Shown here: piece by piece, positions 53,175-64,000 of the stretch
Layout of the letters: every line of letters begins with the position of its first letter
Numbering within the stretch: the first letter of the stretch is position 1
From: Octopus vulgaris
Taxonomy: Eukaryota
Length of the DNA stretch: 64,000 nucleotides
Direction of reading: 5' to 3'
NCBI GenBank assembly: GCA_951406725.2
Contig: OX597817.1
Span: forward strand, 25,606,001-25,670,000
The notes under the pieces: model-generated
Databases searched by the model: none
The model's input: the letters and a program-made list of their open reading frames with translations, nothing else
What the model was told of the DNA's origin: nothing
Program-made: the position numbers and the translations under genes

Positions 53175-55133
53175 ATTTTCGATCTAAAAATATCAATATT
53201 TTAAAATATAATTTAAAATAATTTAAAATAATAAAATAATAAAATTATCAATGAAAGAATATAAAAATAAAAATATATAATCTATATATAATCTATATAT
53301 AATCAATAATCTAAAATAAACCCTATAAACAATTGAATATAAAAACCTATTATAAAAGTTCTCATATTTAAAAATGTACAAAAACCAAAAAACAACAAGC
53401 AAAAAACAAAAACCAAAAAACAAAAAACAAAAAACAAAAAATAAAAAACAAAAAATAAACTATATATACACACACATGCTCATACACTCAACACATTACT
53501 TATTCATACTTCCTCACACACACATACAACACTCATTCATAAACAATATACATATACATACACATACATACAGAACACGATATATACCAATATATAAACA
53601 CCCACACCCATACAGATAAATAAATTACGTAAACAATCACACACACACACACACACACACACATTCACACATACATAAACACTCAAAAGAAAACCGAACA
53701 ATTCTTTGCACGTGGATATCAAACGTTTTAAAAAAATTATGAATGGAAATGAAATCCATACATACAAGTATAAATATAACTATACAAACCCTAACGCAAT
53801 ACACACAAATGCACACACATATATACACACACCCACAAACATAACCATATACACACTCACACATACATATACATACGTACAAATCTCGATACAAACAAAC
53901 TTTAATAAAACGACCATGATAAACGAAAACTCATATATATATTAATATATATATAAAAAAGTGTGTACACGCAGACGGGTGCAATCACACGCACATTCAA
54001 AACTTACATGTATACAAGTGCATAAATAATCACACCCAATTACATAGCACTCATACACTCCCACATCTACACTTACACTTGTACACTCGCACACATACAT
54101 ACACACCCATACCTACATACAAAAATTCTTATTAAAATAATCATGATAAATAAAATCCATACATACAAGTATAAATATAAAGATACAACCCCTTACACAA
54201 TACACACAAATACACACACATATACACACACCCACAAACATAACCATATACACACTCACACATACAAATACATACGTACAAAATTCGATACAAGCAAATA
54301 CGCACACGCACACACATTCACACATACATAAACCTACAAAAGAAAAACAACATTTCTACACATAATACGTTATATAAAATACTCCATAAGTAATCAGATT
54401 ATCATAAGTAACAAGATTAACATAATGAGAAAAATAGACATACCTTCTAATCAGTATCAAATTTTGAAGTGAATTTAAACTCTATCCGTTATTACAATAA
54501 ACAAAAATTACGTGACCATGGAACCGAACATATAAAAATTATTTGCGCTACGTAAAACAGCGTCATTAAAATTATGAATAGAATATAAAATACTTTGCGC
54601 GTAGTAAACAAACGTAAATTAAAAAATTATGAATGGAATATACAAAACTTTCTACAAATTCTTTAAAAAAACCATAAAAAACGAAAACTCATATAGATAT
54701 TAATATATATATAAAAAAATGAGTGTGTATTTATGCACTTGTATACATGCAAATTTTGAATGTCCGTGTGATTGCACCCGTCTGCGTGTACACAGTATGA
54801 ATAAGTAATGTGTTGAGTGTATGAGCATGTGTGTGTATATATAGTTTATTTTTTGTTTTTTGTTTTTTGGTTTTTGTTTTTTGCTTGTTGTTTTTTGGTT
54901 TTTGTACATTTTTAAATATGAGAACTTTTATAATAGGTTTTTATATTCAATTGTTTATAGGGTTTATTTTAGATTATTTTAGATTATATATTGATTATAT
55001 ATAGATTATATATAGATTATATATAGATTATATATTTTTATTTTTATATTCTTTCATTGATAATTTTATTATTTTATTATTTTAAATTATTTTAAATTAT
55101 ATTTTAAAATATTGATATTTTTAGATCGAAAAT

Positions 55134-55174
55134 CCACCTGAAGATTGTCGTAGGACATGAAACAATTGTAGTGG
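55134..55174 (+). ncRNA. Minimal type-I hammerhead ribozyme (family B)
   Basis: CCAC-CTGAAGA-TTGTC-GTAG-GACAT-GAAA-CAATTG-TA-GTGG. Confidence 0.85.
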
Positions 55175-55347
55175 CGGTTTATTTAATTTATATTAAAATT
55201 TTATGTATTGATTAAGTCTTTCCTTGTTTGGTTTTAAAATAGTGGTTTTGTCTCGAATTATATTATATAATATTTTACTATAAAATTGGATTTAACCCTA
55301 AATCTGATTTTTCCCTGTAATTTTGGATTCATTCCTAATATTTATTA

Positions 55348-55398
<51 letters not shown>

Positions 55399-55401
<3 letters not shown>

Positions 55402-55622
55402 GGTTGGCCAAAAGTAACCTGATAGTAAATCAAAACTTTCTACTTCCAAGACTAAACAGAAAATTATTTTATGTGAAACTTCACTAATAAATAGACTAAT
55501 ATTGAAAAAAGAAACTCACAGCATTCTATTATTTAAACATTCAGAATTAGAATGAATAAATAAAACTGAATATTAAGTACTTATGGAAATTTGATTTACT
55601 GTTGGGTGACTTTTGGGCCCTG
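55399..55622. mobile_element. Tc1/mariner-type MITE
   Basis: Imperfect TIRs CAGGGTTGGCCAAAAGTAACCTGATAGTAAATCAAA and TTTGATTTACTGTTGGGTGACTTTTGGGCCCTG, flanked by TA. Confidence 0.75.
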
Positions 55623-55677
55623 TATATATATCATCATCATCATCATCATCGTTTAACACCCTCCTTCCATACTATAT

Positions 55678-55715
<38 letters not shown>

Positions 55716-55887
55716 ATTATAATTTGCTTAATTATTTGCATTATTAATGGAGTAATCTATTAGAAATAAATCTTGTTGCTTTATATATAAACATTATGGC
55801 CATCACAGAGATTTGGCCACCAGCAGATACAGAAACATAGATTTTAATGTTATTCCTGTGCAGCAGTGCATATGAATTTATGATCTA

Positions 55888-56285
55888 CTAGCAGTATCGT
55901 CCGGCGTTGCTCGGGTTTGTAAGGGAAATAACTATATAAACATTTTTAGAGAGTTATAGCCAAAAAATAGCAAAAAAATGCATTAAAAATGGAAAAAAAA
56001 TTATGGTAAATTTTTTTTTAAATCGTTGACTCATCGTAGACATTTTTAGAGAGTTACTTCCCTTATATAATAGCGAAAAAATGCATTAAAATGGAAAAAA
56101 ATTATAGTAACTTTTTTTTTAAATCGTAGACTCATCGTAGGTGCGCGCTAATACCCAGAAGGGCTCAATATAAATCACGACTATAAGATACCCGCTTTTG
56201 GTTAAACTGCACTGCAAAATGTGGGAGTAGTTAGGAATCTAAATCGTAGGAGACAGACACACAACTTCTCTTTTATATATAAAGA
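55888..56285 (-). mobile_element. Complete non-autonomous Helitron
   Basis: On the minus strand: A|TC start, subterminal hairpin CCGAGCAACGCCGG, CTAG|T end, AT target, no TSD. Confidence 0.88.
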
Positions 56286-56658
56286 TTATTTAGTTATCCA
56301 CAAATCAGAAAAAACACCACTGTATATGTAATAGTGTGGTTATATATTTATATATCAGAGAGCAATTAATTTATTAGTCATGACATATATCTGGCCAGTC
56401 TGTAGAGTTGTTAGAATTTACCTATATGTAAAATACAGCATGAAACTACCAACAAAATCCTGGGTAATTATATGCCTTGTTCAGTAAGACATTGCTTGAT
56501 TATAAGGATGAAGATACATATAGAGTCAACATCCATTGACATGGTTGCAAAAGCAGCAAAAATTTTGGAAAGGAAAAAATATATATAATAAATAAGTGGA
56601 AATTGAATAAGTGTGTGTGTTAGATATTAAGGCAGTATGACTCTTCCTATACATAACA

Positions 56659-56689
<31 letters not shown>

Positions 56690-56889
56690 GAAATGAGGTA
56701 CTCAGAAATCTGGATGGTTTTTTATTTACAGATATTTATTAGTATGTTATATGTTTTTGTAAATCATATATCATATATTAGCGCTTTCATCCACTCTAGT
56801 GGAGTTTCAATTTGAAAACTCCACTTCAGTTGCATAAAATCTCCTTGATTATGTCAAGAACGATGATAACTTTTTGAACATTTTGTGTA

Positions 56890-57153
56890 AGGCTCTGAGC
56901 AGGTACTGCCAAGATTTCTTGACAAAATTTGATGAAGATTCTCTGCTCAACTTTCTCTGTCATAGTCAATGCGATGATCACACACTACACACCTTCCTTC
57001 CAAGTACTGCTGTAAGCCGTGGAAATGGGGTAAAATGTTAAAACTTAGTGCGCATACACAGCAGAGTTTAAGGTCAATCTATGCCAAGTTGCCTCATGCT
57101 GTGCTTTAGCTTCGTTACTATGGCAACAGTCCGGAGACTTATTAATTAGACCA
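56890..57153 (-). mobile_element. Mariner 5' end fragment
   Basis: Reverse complement has TIR-like GGTCTAATTAATAAGTCTCCGGACTG, then MTEKVEQRIFIKFCQ (mariner EQR..IKFC N-terminus). Confidence 0.55.
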
Positions 57154-58276
57154 AGGATATGCACATCCATGTTTTGTGATGAGGATAAGGAGGCAGTTGT
57201 GTGTGTGTATAAACGTAGAGGTTAACTATAGGAGCATGGGTTTGTAAGGGGAGTGAGGTATTGGTTTGGGTGTGCATGAGTGAGGAAATCATTGAAGTGA
57301 GTTGGAGAAAAGAACATAAATGTGGGGTAAAAGGGGGGGGGGGTAAAGGAAATGTGGAGTTTGTGATTGAGATGTATGCAAGTATATTGGTGTGAGACAT
57401 GTTAGTATGGAAGGAAGGCATGAACAAAGGAATGAAAGAGAAAGAAAAGTTGTGTATTGAAGGAGAGAAAGGAATAAAGAGAGAATGAGGAAATATCGAG
57501 GAAAAAATAATTAGAAATGCAAGAATGGTACAAAAGGTTGTTCTGTGAGAGAAGAAAATTAGGGAGGCATGAAAAGGGGCAGGAAAAATAGAGAAACGTA
57601 ACAATGAAAATATGAACAATAGAAGTAAAAAGGAGACAAAAGTTGCGAGTTCAGAGAGAGAAGACTCTTCAAGAGAAAAATAACGTAAAAACTGTGTCTA
57701 TATACATCACACACACACACACATACATCACACACACACACACATACATATATACAGATCATGTGATCATGTGATTGGCTAGACTATCAAATGTTATACA
57801 TCGCTAGTCACAATGTGGTTTGCATTACTTTAGGTTTTGAATGATGAAATGCCACTGGCAAGGCGGGTAGGCCAACATACTCTTGGTTAAGGTGTCACAG
57901 GGTTACCGACTTGTAGCTGAATGGACTGGAGCAATGTGAAATGGAGTGTCTTCCTCAAGAACACAATGTACAGCTGACCTGGGAACCAAAAATATGATTT
58001 TATGATTGTGAGTGCAACACAGCTAACTACTAGATCACATTATTTCACACACACACAGCACACACATACGCACATGCACACATACAGGCAAATGCACACA
58101 CACGCACACACACACATACATATATAAAATATGAGGGGTTTAGTTCACTTGTGATCTAAACGAATAGGCATACTGGGTAAGTGAAATAGATGGTTGACTG
58201 ATAGGTTCCAAGATCACAGCTAAGGCTGGATCTAAGGATCCATGTCAGAGTTCTGTTATAGCATGTATATATTATA

Positions 58277-58389
58277 CTAGCAGTATAACCCGGCCTTGAC
58301 CGGGATTAAGTTACGATTATTAAGCTAATCAAGTTCTTTATTTCAAACCAAACTAAGTAATATAGACGTCAAATTTGGGAGAAATCTGT

Positions 58390-58432
<43 letters not shown>

Positions 58433-58950
58433 ATAATATAATATAAATATATATTTATATTATAGTATATTATATTACAATTACAATATATTTATATTTA
58501 AAATAAATATATTGTAATTGTTGTGTGAGAAAGTATATATACTATCATTATAAAATATAGTGTCTTTCAAAAACAAAAAAACAAAACATTCTACATTTTA
58601 TTTTTTCTGAACGTCATAACTTTCTCTCTCTCTCTCTCTCCCTCTCTCACTTTGTCTTTCCCGTGAAACTCTCTTCCTCCTTCTTCCACTTTTCTTTATC
58701 TTTTTTTTTTTTTGTTAGATGCTGGCAAAAAAGCTAAGGCTAATATTTTTTGTGTCTAAAAGCTATGTCTGAAAATAGATATTTACGCTACCCACAGGTG
58801 CCTCGCGGTAAAAATAAGTTGACAAAACCCAGATGGGATGTTGACAAATGTCCTCCTAAAATTTGAGCGACATGCATGCTAATTTGTGGACGTGCATAAA
58901 TTACAATCACGTACACACACGAACACACATTCTCCCTTTTATAGATATGA
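58277..58950 (-). mobile_element. Non-autonomous Helitron (second family)
   Basis: 3' end has a CCCGG-N6-CCGGG hairpin followed by ...TACTGCTAG|T. Probable 5' end A|TCATATCTATAAAAGGGAGAATGTGTG. Confidence 0.7.
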
Positions 58951-59068
58951 TTATATATGCTATAACAGATTTGTCCTCTTATATAATACATATATCCATC
59001 CATACATACATACATACATATATATATATATATGGATATATATATACCATATATATATATATATACAT

Positions 59069-59135
<67 letters not shown>

Positions 59136-59204
59136 TATATACATATCAACTAATACACCTGCTTGTTGTTCATACACCTGTCTTCGTCTTTTGTTTTTCT
59201 ATGA

Positions 59205-59358
59205 ATTTTCTGAGTTCAAATTCCTCCAGGGTTGACTTTGCCTTTCATCCTTTTGGGGTCGATTAAATAAGTACCAGTTATGCAGTGGGGTTGATGTAAT
59301 CGACTTAATCCTTACCCCTAAATTTGAGGCCTTGTGCTTCCAGTAGAAAGGATTATTA
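59205..59358 (+). mobile_element. SINE family S2-related fragment
   Basis: GAGTTCAAATTC...GACTTTGCCTTTCATCCTTTTGGGGTCGAT...AAGTACCAG. Confidence 0.75.
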
Positions 59359-59454
59359 GAATATTTACTAATGGAAATAAACTTGGGCTGATTATTTCTG
59401 TTACAACTTTCTACTATATGAGGTGCCTTATACTACATCAAAAGCAATAATTTC

Positions 59455-59682
59455 CTTTTATTCTTTTACTTGTTTTAGTCATTTGACTGTGGCCATACTG
59501 GGTCACCACCTTTAGTCAAACAAATCAACCCCAGGATTTATTCTTTGTAAGCCTAGTACTTATTCTATCACTCTCTTTTTCTGAACCATTAATTTACAGG
59601 GACATAAACACACCAGCATCGGTTGTCAAGCAATGGTGGGAGGGGGGGACAATCACTGATACACGCACACAAACATATACGT

Positions 59683-59733
<51 letters not shown>

Positions 59734-59936
59734 TTAATCCAGACATGAAAACACAAAGAGAAAACACAACGTGAGGACGTGGAACAAATATAGTATTATT
59801 GGACGCTCAGGAAGGAAGGAAAGAAGGAGGGTTTAACGTTTCAAGCGAAGCTCTTCGTTGGAAACATAGGAGAAGGAAAGATCCAGAGAAGGGAAGACAG
59901 AGGAAAAAAAATTGCCAACGGTACACACGCTGTCAC

Positions 59937-60030
<94 letters not shown>

Positions 60031-60055
60031 ATATATATATATATATATATATGTA

Positions 60056-60144
<89 letters not shown>

Positions 60145-60272
60145 TGGTCTTCTTTCAGTTTCCGTTTTCCAAATCTTCTGACGTTATAGTGGAAGACATT
60201 TGCCCAAGGTGCCATGCAGTGCGATTGAACCCAGAACCATGTGGTTGGGAAGCAAGCTTCTTAACCACAGGA
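59455..60272 (-). mobile_element. SINE family S1 split by an insertion (~59731-59938) in its internal microsatellite
   Basis: 3' half at 59455-59690 and 5' half at ~60142-60272 are homologous to the S1 copies. Confidence 0.75.
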
Positions 60273-60956
60273 AGTAAAATCACCGGACTAAAAGCCTTAC
60301 TGAATCTATACTGACATGGCATTGTCCTGAGTTCAAGTGATGCTCGGGTTGATTAAAATCTCCATCTCTGCGGTGTCATTACAATCACCCCAATTAATCA
60401 AGGAAAGCTGCAAGTCACCTCACTCACTTATACACCTCATCTACAAAATACGAACTGTATGCTAATATTTTGCAGGGTATGTATATGAAATCAATATATG
60501 AATTATTTCAATGCAGCACAATGCCATGTTAATTTCACTGACATTAGCCATGTGAATTCAAATATGAATACTGACTTGATTAGTTATTTACTATGAGTGA
60601 TGTACTGGTTGAGTAGTCTGTGTGCCAGACTTCTGTTGAAACAAGGTTAATGAGTTTAAGCTGCTACAATTAGCATTACATCCTGTCTCTAAATAAAGCT
60701 GAAAATTCATTTTCCCGGTGCAAATTTTCCACCATGACAGAGGTAATATTTGACATCATAGTTGAGTGGCTGATATTGGTTGTTGCTCTTGCTTTTGTTG
60801 CTGTTTAGCCCCCCAGCTCTGCTTTGACTATGCAAGCCTATGACCAAAAGAATTTCCGACTACAACATTTTTTTTTAGGTAGTATGAATATAATATTACG
60901 TTGTCTAAGGCAGTGTTAGACATCTTTTTTTAAAGTGTTTGGGCATAATTTAAAAG

Positions 60957-61420
60957 GTGGAGGTGCATAGCTTACTGGTTAGGGTGTCAAGGCGGCGAGC
61001 TGGCAGAAACGTTAGCACGCCGGGCGAAATACTAGCGGTATTTCGTCTGCGTTACGTCGTGAGTTCAAATTCCACCGAGGTGGACTTTGCCTTTCATCCT
61101 TTCGGGGTCGATAAATTAAGTACCAGTTACGCACTGGGGTCGATGTAATCGGCTTAATACCTATGTCTGTCCTTGTTTGTCCCCTCTGGTTAGGGTGTCA
61201 GCATCATGATCGTAAGATTGTGGTTTCGATTCCTGGACCGGGCAATGCATTGTGTTCTTGAGCAAAACACTTCATTTCACATTACTCCAGTCCACTCAGC
61301 TGACAAAAATGAGTAACGCTGCAATGGACTGGCGTCCCGTCCAGCTGGGTAACACATATGCCATAGAAACCAGGAGACTGGGCCCATGAGCCTGGTTAAG
61401 CTTTAAAAAGGGCACATTTA
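60957..61420 (+). mobile_element. SINE family S3 with nested S2 SINE (60990-61185)
   Basis: 15-bp duplication CTGGTTAGGGTGTCA at 60975-60989 and 61186-61200. Removing the insert restores homology to 37542-37790. Confidence 0.9.
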
Positions 61421-62382
61421 TTTTTATTTTATAATTTAAAAGAGATTTAGCTACTACATCTAGCAGGTCAAGTGATTCGATAGAGACTCTCTTCTTATTT
61501 CAGATATGTATTAGTTGTTGTTGTCATCGTCATCATCATCATCATTGTCATCATCATCGTTCTATGTTCGCTGTCTATGTTGACATACTTTTAGTAGTTA
61601 CATCAAAGTCTGTGGCAGTGGTTAGAGACACTGAGCTTGTAGTCATTAGGCCATGGATTCAGTTCCTAGACTGGACAGTGCTTTATGTTCTTGAGCAAGT
61701 CACTTCATTTACTATTGAACCAGTCTACATAGCAGAAAATGAGTACCAGCTAAATGCTAATATTTTCTCTCTCCTACCTGTTAAATCCTCAGTATTCTGC
61801 TGGCTCAAGGCCTGGGGGAAAGAGAAGGTTCCTATACCTATAGGCATCTGAAACAATAGAAGAAAGCTTGGTATATACTACCAAGTCATACTTGCTTGCA
61901 AGTGACAACTTTGTTATGAAGTTTTCAGAAATGAAATGGCAACAGCATGACACTTTCGTGGGACCTTTGAAGCTAATGGAAGCTAAAGGAAGAAGTTACC
62001 TTGAAACTAAAGATGCATTCTAAATACTTGTAATAAAGAAAATGCTTCTGCTCTCAACCAAGGGCTAGATGCTGATGTTCAGCTAGAATGTCCAAGCCCT
62101 CAAGAACAGGAACAATGCCTAACCATATTATACACACATGGCCTTTAATTCTTGTAGGAGATATTTACTCATGATGAACACTTACCTGTACACTAAATTC
62201 ATTACTATACTCATGTTTAACTTTCATCTTACATGGATTGTGTAGCTTCTACAAGGAACTCAGTTACTCCAAGCTTCTTCAGAGCCCAGAATATCACACA
62301 GTAGAATACTCTGCATGTATGTGTTTGTGTTTGTGTGTGTGTGTGTAAATAATTACATCTGTGTTATGTATTATTATGTATA

Positions 62383-62772
62383 CTCTCTTTTACTCTTTTA
62401 CTTGTTTCAGTCATGTGACTGTGGTCATGCTGGAGCACCACCTTTAGTCAAGCAAATCAACCCCAGAGCTTATTCTTTGTAAGCCTAGTACTTATTCTAT
62501 CGGTCTCTTTTGCCGAACCGCTAAGTTACAGGGACGTAAACATGCCAGCGTCGGTTGTCAAGTGATGTTGATGGGACAAACGCACACACACAAATACACA
62601 CACATATATATATATACATATATACAACGGGCTTCTTTCAGTTTCTATCTACCAAATCCACTCATAAGGCTTTGGTCGGCCCGAGACTATAGTACAAGAC
62701 ACTTGCCCAAGGTGCCATGCAGTGGGACTGAACCTGGAACCATGTGGTTGGTAAGCAAGCTACTTACCACAC
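62383..62772 (-). mobile_element. SINE family S1
   Basis: Reverse complement of the S1 copies, with (TAAAAGAG)n tail. Confidence 0.9.
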
Positions 62773-63131
62773 ACCTTGTTTTTATTTTTGCTTTTAGGTG
62801 TTCATTCCAGACTGAGAGAGCCAGTTTCTAACAGAGATATAAAAATTCTCACATGGGAGTTGGGATAACAACAATAATAATTGTTGCATATACACCTTTC
62901 AGAAAATCTTGCACATAATTACTATTTCAGTAATGGATTATATCTGTATGTTTATGTTAGCTGTCCTATTTAGCTTTGATTGAAAATCTTACCTTCCTCA
63001 GATTGTAACTTAGACGCTTACAAGCATAACTGAATTGCACCAATAAATACTAGTGTGAATGGATGGCACTATATTTTGTTTCAGCAAGAACATCATGTGG
63101 CAGTGGAATATAGCTCTTTAATGATATTTTT

Positions 63132-63358
63132 GAGCTGGCTGAAATGTTAGCACGCCGGGTGAAATGCGTAGCTGTATTTCGTCTGCCGTTACGTTCTGAG
63201 TTCAAATTCCGCTGAGGTCGACTTTGCTTTTCATCCCTTCGGGGTCGACAAAGTAAGTACCAGTTACGCACTGGGGTCGATGTAATCGACTTAATCCGTT
63301 TGTCTATCCTTGTTTGTCCTCTCTGTGCTTAGCCCCTTGTGGGTAGTAAAGAAACAGA
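63132..63358 (+). mobile_element. tRNA-derived SINE family S2 (central block resembles the MetaSINE conserved domain)
   Basis: GAGCTGGC...GAGTTCAAATTCCGCTGAGGTCGACTTTGCTTTTCATCCCTTCGGGGTCGAC...AAGTACCAG. Confidence 0.85.
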
Positions 63359-63762
63359 TATTTTTGAACATCTACTAATAACATATGTTGTGTCCTCCAC
63401 AGAAGAGTAACATAATCAACACTTATGGGTGCATCTTAGAATTTTCAGGGCTCTGCTGTCTCATTTATTCATAAAATATTGAATAGCTATCTCCTGCTTT
63501 TGGATTGCAAAAGCATAGTGTTTGAGATGTGATGTCATGTCACATGTCTAGAGGAGGCTACACTTCATGTTAAAATTGTTGTCTTTCTCTTGTTTACAGG
63601 AAACATAATGATGGATAAGCATTTTATGGTATGTAGAGTGTTTCTCTTCCAGATCTTAGCTAAGATATGTGAGCTTTGCACTTCTGTGTTCATATGGAAT
63701 GTCATCAGATAGTGAGTGTTTCTGGTTTCAATTATGTATGTATGGAGGTAGGTAGGTAGGTA

Positions 63763-63808
<46 letters not shown>

Positions 63809-64000
63809 GGCATCTGGTTCAGGAGGAGTTTCAGGGTCTTGAAAAGTGTGGAAGCACCTCTTGACCACTGTTGTTCTCAGCTCTATTCTGACCCAGAGTG
63901 GTAGCACCTGTCAAAGTTTTATTTATGGATTAATTAGCATATGTGATGACAGTCCCTCTGAGCATGGGGATGCAGAAATACCCTTGGGTGGTACAGAGCT

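Larger units (their letters stand above)
53042..55350. mobile_element. Non-coding PLE-type element (family B) with ~470-bp inverted pseudo-LTR arms, in (TA)n
   Basis: 53042-53508 is inverted at ~54796-55268, and 53962-54035 is inverted at ~54721-54794. Internal direct repeats at 53753-53895 and 54152-54295; unique tail at 55269-55350. Confidence 0.85.

Overview
AT-rich, microsatellite-dense eukaryotic DNA with no convincing host protein-coding exon. The repeat repertoire suggests an octopus or related cephalopod (inference). Contents: several tRNA-derived SINE families, a decayed R4/Dong LINE, RTE LINE fragments, two near-full-length dead mariners, a Tc1/mariner MITE, three non-autonomous Helitrons, a hAT fragment and a ~70-bp 28S rRNA piece. 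There are also many Penelope-like element (PLE) remnants: four GIY-YIG endonuclease fragments, one pre-RT fragment and pseudo-LTR pieces. The main observation is about a dozen minimal type-I hammerhead ribozyme (HHR) motifs from at least seven sequence-unrelated families. Most have a self-complementary stem III, and many sit in short non-coding fold-back modules inserted in (TA)n tracts, with the inversion point at or near the ribozyme. HHRs in PLEs are established knowledge; the density, family diversity, core variants and fold-back mini-elements here deserve follow-up. All calls were made by eye without database searches, and coordinates of decayed elements are approximate.
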